From: Klebsormidium nitens
Lineage: Eukaryota; Plantae; Klebsormidiophyceae
Reading direction: 5' to 3'
DNA length: 64,000 bases
Assembly: GCA_000708835.1 (NCBI GenBank)
Contig: DF237270.1
Span: forward strand, 39,004 to 103,003
Position numbers and translations under genes: made by a program. The notes beneath the pieces were generated by a model. The model had not been told where the DNA came from, did not search any database, and saw only the letters and a program-made list of their open reading frames with translations. Of this stretch, positions 24,401-36,082 are shown piece after piece. Within the stretch, counting starts at the first letter, position 1, and each line of letters starts with the position of its first letter.

Positions 24401-27400
24401 AGAAAAGAAAGGTCCGCCAACAGGAGCCGGCAATGGGTTGTTTCAGAGCTTCTCGCTCCGTTTTACTCGAAGAGCACACATTAGCATTTGAACTCCGTCT
24501 CCTCCACAATTTTTGTCTATCCGGAAGCGATTCATTAAAGCCCAGCAAAGCGAGATCGAAAAGAAACCGACCCAGGCCCAAACCGCGAACGTCCTTGCTT
24601 CGTGAAACTGGGGACCAGATGCTTCACCTCGATATGTATCACAAATGCGCAGGCAGGACGAAAGCGGGGACCAAACGGGGTGGCCAGATGTCCCGTCTCC
24701 GGTATGTCTGACTTGCTTGTGTTTGCGAAAGCTCGAACTTGTGTGGTTAGATATTTGCCCCAGTCAAAAAGGCCTCCAAATCACGGTAGCATTCAAAACA
24801 GTTCACGAAGGCGATTAGACGAAACCGTCGATACCTTGCCCTTATTCAACGGGTATATGACTAAGGTTCATGAGGTTCTTGAAAGGTTCAATTGTCTTGC
24901 AGAAATGTGGGTGCCCGGAGGACTGATGTGCGGCGTCCTTTTGGCGACCTTGCTGGGCATCTTCCTGGCGCGAAAAGGCCTTTCCTTCGCCGGCGCCACC
25001 TCCGGGGTCGCCTTCGACGCGATGCGCGAGCGGTGGGGGACAGTCATCTTCTGCATCTTTACGGCCATTCTACAGGTGCGAAAAAGAAGCATTCATGGTA
25101 TTCTCATAGTTCTGTTCAGTACCCTTCTTTCCTTGCGGAGGTTTTCCTTGACCGTCTTTTGTCGTGGAATCTCGTTTGTGACGGCATATACAGCGGAACA
25201 CGGGAGCTTTTTAGGGTTGGAATTCCGCCTCCGCGTAAGTCAATGCTAATTAACGACGTTCTTTGTTATTGACTCCTGGCACGAACAAACCTCGTGAGCT
25301 CGCTAGAAACCACTTTTTGTTCCTAACAGATTGCCCTTGACAGCGGGGACTAGGAAATCAATTGCTCACACGGAGCTTCTTTCTCATAATCTGAAGCGGA
25401 CTCCCGTTTATCGCCTTCAGGGTGTCGCCACCCTTTGCCTTCTCATCGAGGTGGTCATCTGCGTGCGGGGCCTTGGCTGGGCTGCGACCATCCCCTACAT
25501 CATGGGCTACCTTTGGACTCTCTCGGTCGCCGCAAACAACGTCCATTTTGTAGTGGGCGGCTCCGTAGCTGCTTGGTGCTCCGCCGAACCCCTCGTAAGC
25601 CTCGCTCAGCCGACGCGCGACCGCGAGCGCGACGCGGCGGGCCGCGTCGCTCCTGGGTCACCACAGCAAAGCCGGAGGTTTAGAGATCCCGCGGGTTCCG
25701 GCCAAACCCAGTCTGGTTTAGCGGTGGTTATCGGAGCCAATGTCGGCGCCAAACCCGAAGGCGAAGCGCCGCGAGTTCAGGGGTGGGTGGAAGCGAAGGG
25801 TTTGGAGGTTTCGGCCGCGCGGCCGCGTCGCAAGGTGGCGGGCACGCCGTCGTTCGTGAAGTGGGCGATCACGAAGTCGGCCGGGAGCGTCTGCGGTGGC
25901 GTCATCGTTGACGTCAGCGTGTGGCTGGTCGACTGGGCGGTGTACATCCTCGGGTAAGAACCTAGTGGCCGACATCTCTTTTCAAAGTCTAGTTATTCTC
26001 ACTCTCTTCTGCGTATTTTTCGCATCGTCAGAAGCCCCTTCGATTTCCAATGGTAGGTTCTAGGGAAGGGAGTGAATCAGCCGCTTGTATGTGGCTGCTT
26101 TGACCCAATCTGGTTACGCACTACCAGCGTTAAAATCAGGGTCCTAAAACGGGCGAAAATGGGCGAATTTGCGAATTTAGGTAAGCGTTTTTGCGGATGT
26201 CCCAGTAAGCCAAAAGCCGGCTCAAATTCGTATGCGAAAAGGAGAAGGACAGCATTCTTTCTGCTTTGCTCGAGTGCAAACAGGACAGTTGTCTGAAATC
26301 GTTGGAGTGAGCCTGCAAAGACACAGGAGGCCGCAATTTTAGCATCTCTTAAAAGGATGAATTTCTTTGCCTTGCAGCTTTTTGTGCTGTTGTTGCACGT
26401 TCTGCTGCGGCGACAGCTCCGCTTTCCACATGCGCGACTGGGCAAAGGAACGGAGCAACAGGTTCGGGCTAGTGCGGTGCGGGATGAGGGGCACGACTTA
26501 CGTCCAGTCAAGCAAGGACGCGTGGCGGTTTGTCAAGGCATCTGCATCTCGTGAGTACCTTGACAGGCTTATCTCGCCAACCATATTCCGCATGGAAACC
26601 AGGCCTCCGAACCTGATTAAAGATTTCGCACGGCTTTGGTAGGAATAAGTGGACGGATTAGTCTCGAAGTTTTGACGAGAGACTAGACTGGACTTCCGAA
26701 GCGTTTCTCTCGTGGTTCTGATTACCTGCAGCACTTCTAAACTATGGGAACTCTCGCTCTTGCGAGCGTGGTCGAGAATTTTGAAACGGCAATGACAATC
26801 TTTTGCCGAAAGGGTAACCCACTTGATGTTCTTAAACACGTGCTAGCATACCATCCTTGTCCACCTTCTACCTTCCAGACGCCATGGCCGATGGTGACGT
26901 CATGCACCACGTGGTGTTCCTGGGCTCCCTGTTCGGCGCGCTGCTCCCCGGGTGTCTCACCGCGCTCTGGGCTAGGAGCAACCACGGGGGGGACAACGAG
27001 CTGGTCATCTTTGCATTTATAGCAGGGTTCCTGGTGAGCACATGAACTAGAGACGGTCGGTTGATGAACGGAGGCCTTTTCAGCAATTTCCGAAGAATGG
27101 TATACATTGCCCAATAATTTAGTATGCGAGGAAGTTGACTTACTGAGGGCAGTTTAAGACGTGTTTAAAAACAAACATGAATCCAGACTCTATAATGTTC
27201 CACCACATAGATGTTTGGGTACAAAACAGAGTCGTCCAGTTTGTATCATGTAGCGAACAGAAGAGTCACAGCGACATTTCATCCCCTGTCCTCTCTAGAT
27301 TTCAAAGGGCAAGTGACGATCATGCAGAATTTTGTTCCCACTTGTAAGGAAACTCAAACTTTCGGGATAATGCCACGTTTCAGTGCTAAAAGACCTCATT

Positions 27401-30127
27401 ACTTTGTGATTACAGCTGGGATACGCTATCGTCCAACCGTTGTTCCACGCGCTGTCCTCCGCCGCGGCCGCCATTCTCCTGTGCGCCATGGAAGATCCGC
27501 TGCAACTGGAGCGGAACCGGAATCCGCTCTGCGCAGAGCTGAAAGCCGCCTGGTCCAAAACTTGGGGCCGCACTCCGTGGGACGACCTCATACTGAGCAC
27601 GCGCGTCGCGGCCGCGTCGCGCGAGTCGGGCGCTATCGCAAATCCTTGGGCGGTCACCGAGATCTGGGGCGCGGAACACGTGGCGCAAGGAGAGGGCGTA
27701 CACGTGGCGCCCAGAGAGGGGAGCGATGACGGCAGTCCGCATCCGGGATCGCGACCAGGGATGGTTCGTGATAATCAAAAGCTCGTGGTTTACGAGCCGG
27801 CAATCTTCCCTGCCCACCCGCCCGCTTATCCGGAACCGCCGGAGTCATTCCGAGTTTCTCAGTCGCAACTAGGATCGGGGTCTTTTACCGGGCAACCGGG
27901 GAAGCACAGCGAAGATTCGACCAAACATGACCAAGGCCAAGTAGAAGAACCGAGCTTTTCGAAGGCGGCTCACAGTCCTTCTAAGCAGGAGGTGGAAAGC
28001 AGGGGCCCTACAAACGGATCGAACCCAATCCGGCCGGATGCCGCTAACCAGAACGGTCCTGGTCAGAATAGCAGTCCAGCGGAAGGAACGGTCGCCTACG
28101 GAAGCGGACGACCAAAGGGTTCTGGCAGTGGCGAGGACATCTTGGCCCGAACGATCGGCAAGATCAAAGGGGTTGGCTTCGAAGAAGAGGACATCAAATG
28201 GGTGAAGGGGGGCATGGATAACGGCGGGCAACTGCCCACGGAAAACTTGACCGGAATGCCGGAACAACAAGTTGGAAAAGCACCGGAAAGACACGTGAGC
28301 GGGGCAGAGAGTCTTATGTCGAGAACAAGCGCAAAGGAGGGCGAAGAGAAGGGGAGTACGCCACAAAAGGCAGAAGCATACGGAAGCGCAGAGCGGAACG
28401 GAACGCGAGGACCGGTGCCGAGCGGGACGGCTGCGGCCAGCGTTCCGTCCGGGGCCCGCGCAACGGAAAAGTCTGAACCGCAAGAAGCGAAAGTGAAGGG
28501 AACGACTGGAGGGACCGTTCAGGGACCCCAATCTGTTAGCAGTTTTGGGGCCAGCGTTCCGTCAGGGGCCAGCGGAACGGAAAAGCTTGAATCGCGAAGA
28601 GCGGAAGCCAAGGGAACGACGAGGGGGACCGTTCAGGGACCCCAATCTGGTGAGAACTCTGGGGCCAGCATTCCGTCAGGGGCAAGCGCAACGGAAAAGC
28701 TTGAGACGCGAGGAGCGGAAGCGAAGGCGGCGACTGGGGGGACCGTTCGAGGACCGCAGACTGACAGGACAGCTGTAGGCAGCGTTCCGTCAGGCGCAAG
28801 CGCAGCGGAAAGGTCTGGACCGCGAGGAGCGGAAGCCAAGGGAACGACGAGGGAGACCGTTCAGGGACCCCAATTTGTTGGGACCTCTGGGGCCAGCGCA
28901 ACGGAAATGTCCGGGACGCCAGGAGCGGAAGCGAAGGGAGCGACCGCAGGAAACGTTCGGGGACCCCAGACTGACAGGACAGCTGGAGGCAGCGTTCCGT
29001 CAGGCGGAAGCACAACGGAAAAGTCTGAAACGCGAGGAGCGGAAGCAAAAGGAGCGACCGCGGGATCAGTTCGGGGACCGAACAGTGACAGCAAACTGCC
29101 GCTCGTAATTGACGGGAACGTGAGAGGAACAGCAGGGACGGGCGGGCAATCTGGGACGGAACCGAGCAGAATTGCAAGATCTGGACCGGAAAGGGGTGAA
29201 AAGACCGGAAAAGGGGTTTCGTCTGTGATGGATGCGGAGGGAAGTAGGACGGCGCAAAAGGGTGGCACAGCGGCAGTGCGCGAAGTTGACAGTAGAAGCG
29301 GGAGCGGAGCCCAGACCGGATTTCAGACCGGGAGCGGAACAACTAGCAGCGGCGGAACTTCCGAGAGCAAGGGTAACCAGGGGGAAGGGCCTTCGAGCGT
29401 CAGCGGGAAGGAAGGGGCGAAGAGCGCTGGAAATGTGAAGGCTGGCTCAAGGGAAAACGAGCCAGAACGGAACTCTGGGAAGGAAAGCGGAAGCGGAAAG
29501 TCTGGTGTGGCCGAAGCTGCACCAGTTGCGAGGGCAGGAACCGGGGGGTCAAGTTTCAAGGTGAAAGACGCGCTCAAAGACGAGAGTGCGCGGGAAGACA
29601 AGGGCAACGGTGGGGGCGTTGACCAAAGTCGAAAGCCGGGGAGCGGATCAGCGGATACCGTTCCTTCCGCCGGAATGAATCAGCCCATCCTTGGGACAGG
29701 GCCTAAGAGCGCGGAAAACGGAAAAGCAGGACTCCCTGGCGTCCAACCAACCGTAACGGAAGCATTGAAGGAGGGCTCGATTTCCAAAAAGATCGACGAT
29801 TCCAATCCAAACGGCAAGCCGAGTCTGCAAAAGGGCTCTAGCAAAGTCGAAGAGTCGCCGCGTAAGAATCTGCCGGACGTAAGCAAGGTGGAGAAAGTAA
29901 CGGGTCTTGGCAAGGAGGACGAGGTGCCACGTGGCAAGCTGGCGGGGCAAAAGGACGAAGTGACGCCCCAGGGGACACGTGTCAAGCTGGCAGACCTGCA
30001 GCCGGTCCGGCCCAAAGGCGTTCCGCTGGAGGGCGGTTCCGTCCAAGGCGCTTTGCAGCCGGAAAAGGATGCGGCTCCGTTGAAGGCTGGGCCGAAGGAC
30101 GATGTTCCACGTAATAATGCGAAGTAG
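21416..30127 (+). CDS. Choline transporter-like (CTL/SLC44/PNS1 family) membrane protein with very long N- and C-terminal low-complexity extensions (~1860 aa)
   Basis: Exons 21416-22580 (one G missing in a G6 or G8 run near 22363-22396), 23176-23660, 24136-24327, 24903-25075, 25421-25953, 26378-26550, 26879-27033, 27416-30127, all phase-compatible. CTL hallmarks: YLWTLSVAANNVHFVVGGSVAAW, KWAITKSAGSVCGG, NRFGLVRCGMRGTTYVQSSKDAW, SSAAAAILLCAMEDP. Confidence 0.85.
22965..23197. repeat. Echo of the CTL exon 2 acceptor
   Basis: ccctctcag|gctctcggctccggagcaac (~22969) duplicates the real ccctttcag|gctctcggttctggagcaac (23167-23195). Confidence 0.8.
28435..29080 (+). repeat. Coding tandem repeat, 114 bp (38 aa) x ~5.5
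   Basis: cagc(g/a)ttccgtc recurs at 28438, 28552, 28666, 28780 and 28990, with one internally deleted copy between. Consensus ASVPSGASATEKSETRGAEAKGTTGGTVQGPQ. Confidence 0.95.
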
Positions 30128-31606
30128 ATTGTATAGGCGATACGAAAGTTGTACGTCGAAGATACAAGCGTGGGTTTTTCTCGTTCTCCGAAGTGGATAA
30201 TAACGAAGCATACGTGAAGTCGGTGTGTGTCGTGACACATCGACATGTCAGGCTCGATTAGCAACAAACCTGTGTAAAGGTATGGGCGTAAGGGTTAGCA
30301 ACAACTGAGGGACGATGAGTTCGAGCCTTAATTCCGTCAATAAGCGGACTGCATCTAGCCACTGGATGCTCAAAGGATGCTCTTAGGTCACTGATTCAAC
30401 GACTTGCTCTCGCTTCTAGTTTCTGTCAGAGGCGGGACGAGGAGAATGGTCACCATTCTCCACGGTGGTCTTAGGACCCTGGTAGTACCCTTCCGGTTCT
30501 CGTACCATATATGCTCTAAGCAGGCTGAAGACAAAAAAAAGTGAGGATAACCAATTGCCGGTAGACGTTGTAATTGGATATAGCCGCGCGGCCGGCCTGA
30601 TGCCAGCATTTAAAAGCATCAAGTAGGACAGGCCTGCTAGTGCAAGTCGCCGGACGTGCAATCTCGTTGCGGCGCAGTTTGTTGAGGATCGGATGCAACT
30701 TACTTCATATTGATGCCCCCCCTAGTCTAACTGCAAAGGCTTTCGATCTGGAATCCACCTCTGATCGTGCTCTATATTCTGCCGGCTCTCAGGCCACCAC
30801 AAGCTGGTTAGCGACCTCGACCAGCGACCATCATTAAAGTGTGATTCCAGTTATATATCGACAGCTGCGCATAGCCTCATGCACGTACATGGGCCGCAGG
30901 CCGCCTGCCTAATGATGCAGGACATCTTTTCCGGATCCCTCAATATGACTTGAGATCGAGTATCACGAGTGATTTAGGCATGCCGCGATGAGATGAGCAG
31001 ATGCCTCGCCGTACTGTCCCGGAGTCCGTATTGCAAGATATAGAACCCGGGGATCCGATGAAAAATGATCGGTGTTTGATCTATTCGTGTTGATCTTCTG
31101 GTGCATGCTACCGCTGATGCAGCACATGATGCTTTATGGCCCTCATTTACTATGCACGCCGGGAGTTTGCCGGATATATATGGGCATTCATCAGTAGACA
31201 GTGCAATTAACGTTTTTGCTACTTTCAATCGGGATACTCTACAAAAGATGCGCCTAGTGGAAGCAGCATATCCGTGGCCTCTTTCTGTGTCTGGTCATGA
31301 TTGTTGAATCATGACGGGCGGCAACGCTAGCCTGCGCCTTTCGAGTCTTTCGCACATACATACATCTCACTTCATTCTTCGCAAGAGGTGCACAGATGAC
31401 GAATTCCAAAATTTTGTTGAACTTGAAGCTTGACAGCCACAATACAATGAGCTGAAGTCCAACGTCTGCTTGTGTTTCTTCTTACAGTCAGCTTATCAGT
31501 GCGTCCGACAACCTGCTAAGGCAGAGAGTAGAGATCAGAATGCATGCCTATCCTGACATTGCGCCCCCTAGGAAAACCTTTTACACCTCAGAATGGTCTA
31601 GCAAAC

Positions 31607-31705
31607 TCTGCAACTACTGCGTTGTTGCCACTCGTTAGCTCATCAACCTGTAGGTCAGAATCTGCAACTACTGCATTATTGCCACTCGTTAGCTCATCAA
31701 ACTGT
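31607..31705. repeat. 54-bp tandem duplication at the stop codon/3' UTR of lectin 1
   Basis: tctgcaactactgc...gccactcgttagctcatcaa at 31607 and 31661. Confidence 0.9.
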
Positions 31706-32670
31706 GGTTAGCGCACCGGTTGAGTTGCTGGAACCAATGGCCAACCAGCGGGCCTTCACCCCTGACACCTTGGTATCCATCCAGGTAAAGAATTCAACGT
31801 CGAAATCGGTGGTTGTTACGTTCTTCACCTCCACCTGCATTCTGATGGCGCCAGTAATGTAGAAGTCGAGATAGTTGATCGAGGCGTGCACGATAGGGGG
31901 CTTGCTGAAGGGCGTCGCGAATGTGACCTTGACGGTGCTCACGCGGTTGCCATTTGGCGTGCCCCGATCAATGAGTGGTGCCCCTGCGGTGGCATCCCCT
32001 TCCTCCACGTGCAGCCCAGAAAAAGCTGCAAGGGATTGCGAGTGGGGATGTGTGAGCAACGTCCTGCAGAGTGGTGGTTTGACAATTCCTTCTCTAGAGG
32101 AGCATCCTGACAATCCTTGACAAACAGATCATCAAAGCCGTGTAAGACCTGGAAGAGTACAGCATCAAAAGCGGTCTAGATCTGGAGGATTACGGCGTAG
32201 AAAGCAATCGAGAGCTAAACATATCGGCATCAAAGCAATCTAGATCTGGAAAGATGTGACAAGCCTAAAGAAGCTACTGGTATCAGGTGCCCAAACACAT
32301 GTCTCGATGAGGCAGAGTACTTCATCCCGGGCCGCGCGTTCTTGGCAGTTAAGAACACTCTCATATATCGAAGCTCTCTACAGAAGGGCTTACTGATCAT
32401 AACAGTTGGCAATATTGCTTGTGCCCAAGAGGCTTATGCTATTGTAGTCTGCGTGCTCCACCGCAATTGTCTTGATCAGCTTCTCTTCAATTGCAGGGAG
32501 GTTCCATGCTACAATTTCCGAAAGGCACCGCACGATTTTCAGAAGCTCTGATCTCTACTCACTACCCCTTGGATGGTACTATTTTTCAACTCCCAAAAAA
32601 GTACGAAATAAAAAAAGCAATTTTGCTCACCGATATCCTCCTGCTGGAGAGCATTGAAAGACGCAGCCAT
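31697..32670 (-). CDS. H-type lectin domain protein 1 (~122 aa)
   Basis: Exon 1 32670-32631 (MAASFNALQQEDI, phase 1 GTGAG donor); exon 2 32025-31697. Motif VTFATPFSKPPIVHASINYLDF...RMQVEVKNVTTTDFDVEFFTWMDTKVSGVKARWLAIG. Confidence 0.85.
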
Positions 32671-33759
32671 CTTGATGTCGTTGAGCGGCGGACCGGTCTT
32701 GGTAGAAAGTGGGAGTGTTGAGCGGATGTTGACTGGAGCTTGCAAAGAGGCGCACCTCGTGGAACGAAAGAAGAAGGGCGATGTGGGCAAGCCTTTGTAC
32801 TGTGAGCTGAGCAATGCAATGCTGTCAAAAGGTTCTCAAGAAGTGAGGCAAAGACCAGTTTTTTCAGGGATACGCTATGGGGAACCAAGCGATCTGAGGT
32901 GATCGATCGCAATATATATGACGTGGGCGATTGGAAGTGGCTTTCTGGCACGCGTCCTTTCCTGTATGACGACGTCTTCCCTTTCTTTCCGATCCATGAA
33001 ATCTCGATACCACGCCTGAGACCGAGTCGACCGATTCACCACATTAGCCGACCCATAATTTCACACCACCTCGCTTTGAACCCTTATTTTCTCCAGAAAG
33101 TCGATTTCAACCAGCCCTCAGAGCAACTGTATTTACAGCTCGGGTAGGGGTTTAACAAGCCCAAGGACGTTGATTTTGGCCGGTGTGAAAAGGGACTGCC
33201 ACTACGTTGAACGTCGATCACTTGATTTGCACGTTTCCAAGTTCCCTGCATCATTCAAGGTGCGTACTGGACGTAGGTACTACCATACCTACTAGGTAGT
33301 GGCCAATTATGTTTATTGACTACTGACTTCTACCCATTGAGTACTAACTAGGTACTGACCCCGCCGGTAAACGATGCGGGTATAGCCTAAGCCTTTATAC
33401 CTACCGGGCCCGTACCTACTGTCCGGCGTGATACCGGTACGTGCGTGTGTCCGCGTGAGAACTGTTAAATATTCCTTCGCTGTCTCACGAGTCACGAGCT
33501 GCTCCGCTAGTTTCCGTGGATAGAGTACGTACAGTGTACACGGTATGGGTAGTAGGTACTCATATCTCTTTGATCCGTGCAGATCGTGTACAAAAAAGCG
33601 GTCGGACATTCACCGATTCTTTCGGTGCTAATCATTGGCAAACCATATACACCTTCTCTGTATACATGCTGTACCTCACTCTCTCGGATTTATTCCGTAC
33701 AACTAAATGGCCAAGGATTGTTTGGGTCCCGAACCGGGGCCGCTGTGGGGTGTTAAATA

Positions 33760-33884
33760 CAGCTTCCCCCGAGCAACCTGCCAGTTTTAGTGTCATCTAA
33801 ATCAGACTAATTTCGCTGAGCTACAGACTGACTAAGTTTCACAAAAATTTCCACTAAAACTGGCAGGTTGGTCGGAAGAAGCTG
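33760..33884. mobile_element. 125-bp MITE-like element, Tc1/mariner (Stowaway)-type
   Basis: 33-bp terminal inverted repeats matching at 30/33 (cagcttc...caacctgccagttttagtg), with TA at both flanks (33758-59, 33885-86). Confidence 0.75.
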
Positions 33885-34207
33885 TAGAACGTTCAAGTTT
33901 CGACTAATACCTACCGACGTACGAACTAGTACCACTACCTGTAACCTAGGTAGTGGCCCAAGTAACTACATGGTACCAAGCTGTACGTGTGAAGTGCGGA
34001 ATGTGATCATAATACACATCACATTGACGGGCTGTCCGCCTGAGGGCAAGACACCGCATGGATCGAATCAGCACGGTAGTGACGCCGCACGCGCCAGTGA
34101 TCGTCTGTTCATTGTTGATCATCAGATAACGGCAAGTGTTATATACAAAATCAAAGCAGTAGTCACGGTAGCTAGGAGCGTACCGTTATTCAGGCAAGCA
34201 GCTCGAA

Positions 34208-34239
34208 CTACCTACTACCTACTACCTACTACCTACCTA
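34208..34239. repeat. (ACTACCT)4 microsatellite
   Basis: Read directly: actacct x4 followed by acct. Confidence 0.9.
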
Positions 34240-34616
34240 TTATGCTCTATGAAGTTGCTGGTCGTATTGAACCGTTTCCTTGATTACACGGATCCTGGAT
34301 CCCCCATGGGCGTTACTTAGTATAGGTAGGTACTTTCCGCTCCGTCCAGTGATACTACTACTAGCAACGGCTGCCCCGCATTTTTGACTCCGTGACAGAG
34401 CCTTCTGCAATATTGAGCCTGCTTCGATCAGGCTTTTGAAGTCCCACATTTAAGCCAGATACTGAACCTTTGTATGGCCTTCATTTCCACATTCTCAACT
34501 GCAAACATCTTGTTTAAAGCTTCTTCCGAGCTGTCCTTCGTTACCCAGGTTACCATCTTCTCTCCTTCGCAACTCTCCGACCCCCCCGGTGCCGCCCGCG
34601 TTCTTCCACTGACACC

Positions 34617-36082
34617 ATGGGTAGCTTCGTGGACCAGCAGCAGCAGGCCGTCGGTGAGTGGTGTTAAGGGCTGTTCGTAGATCGCACTGGTACCTGTGAT
34701 CGCTTTGGTTGCGTACCCGGTGGTCAGCTCATAAGCGAAAGTGCCACGCTTTTGGCGCGCGGGACTCAAGGGTGTTTTATCAGTACAGCAGTTGCCACTT
34801 ATATTGAGTCAACAGTTGAGTGCTCTGCCTTCAAGTTGTTTGCTACTGAAGATTAGGAATGTCGCTACCCCAAAGCTGTGTCTGGAATCCGAAGGTTTAG
34901 TGCCTCAGCTTGGCAGCAGCTCTGAATTTGTGGTCCAAGTCCTTGTCATCATATAGGCCGTTGTAAGGCTTTTATAAATACTCAATTTGATGGCAATATT
35001 AGTGTGTTGGTTAGAGAGCATCCCCTACATGCACACAGATCTGATTCATGTTTCCAGTGGAAAGATCTGCTTCCTACCACTGCGATCGAACTGATATACT
35101 CGAGTTCTCCTTTGGGCAGGCGTTGCCTGAAAGTAGTGCCATTCAGTTTTTGGGTCAACACGAAGCTCCTCACTCAGCACTCAAGCTAAATGCCTGAAAG
35201 TTCTGAGCTTCTTACCCGTTCGACTTGGTTGGCCTAAGATGTACTGAGCGATCCTGATCTTGGGGAAGATATGACTGATGGTTTGGGCGCATAGTCTATC
35301 CGTTCTTCAGCGTCATAAAAATATAAGTGCTCAACATTTTTTATGGGCTGTCAGATCTAGTTGATGGTCGTTGTGACTACTGGCGGGAATCAGTCCTCGA
35401 GCTCCCAGAAAACAGTTTGTGTTAATAATGCGGCCGCGTGAGAAGCTTGAAGAGAAGGGTTTGAAAAGCTTGCATTGACCTTGAGAAGCCTGAGATGCTT
35501 CGATTGAGAGATCTGGAAAGCTCGAGGTGAAGAAGTTTTCAGCGCTTGAAGCGAGAGGTTTACAAAGCTTGATTAACTCCGAAGAGCGCAGGGCCTGGCG
35601 TCGATTCACGACCTGTACTGAAAATGCTCTGCCTCTCCACAAGCTGACACGTGTCCTTCTCCGGCAGCCTAGCCCTGAAGCACTCTATCAACGGCCTGTG
35701 ATGAAAACGCCCAGAACCTCCATTAAGTCCCCCACAAGCTGACACGTGTCCTTCTCCCGCAGCTCTGAAGCTGGGTCTGCCGCCGGTCAACGGCCTGTAC
35801 GTGGAGCAAGGCATGGCGACCGCGAACCAGACAGTTCTGTCCGGCACGGCGGCCGTCCGGGACGGCGCCGTCAAGGTGTCGTTCAAGAAGGCGTTCAACG
35901 CGCCGCCGGTGGTTAACGCTAACCTCAAGTTCATTGACTTCGGGGTTACGACCAACGTGCGCGCGGACGTCTGGGTCACGGACGTCACGAAGACCGACTT
36001 CATGTGCCACTTCCAGACCTGGTCAAACTCGTTGTGCTACGGCCTTCAGGCCAACTGGCTGGCCATTGGGTCCAGCGACTAG
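34617..36082 (+). CDS. H-type lectin domain protein 2 (~118 aa)
   Basis: Exon 1 34617-34653 (MGSFVDQQQQAV, phase 1 GTGAGT donor); exon 2 35763-36082. Motif VSFKKAFNAPPVVNANLKFIDF...RADVWVTDVTKTDFMCHFQTWSNS...WLAIGSS. Same exon layout as lectin 1. Confidence 0.85.
35636..35800. repeat. Echo of the lectin 2 acceptor (~105 bp x2)
   Basis: cacaagctgacacgtgtccttctcc(g/c)gcag followed by a degenerate exon start (ctgaagc...tcaacggcctgt), at ~35638 and ~35733. Confidence 0.85.

Noticed and set aside
28536-29342. 268-aa minus-strand repetitive ORF, and similar antisense ORFs over GC-rich exons of HAC1, FPA and CLB1
   Set aside because: Shadow frames of GC3-rich or repetitive coding sequence on the opposite strand.
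27440-30127. 895-aa ORF as an independent gene
   Set aside because: Its start lies 24 nt inside a phase-0 exon beginning at 27416 that encodes the conserved CTL C-terminal motif.
34441-34451. GTCCCACATTT as a plant snRNA upstream sequence element
   Set aside because: Imperfect match, no correctly spaced TATA box and no snRNA sequence downstream.
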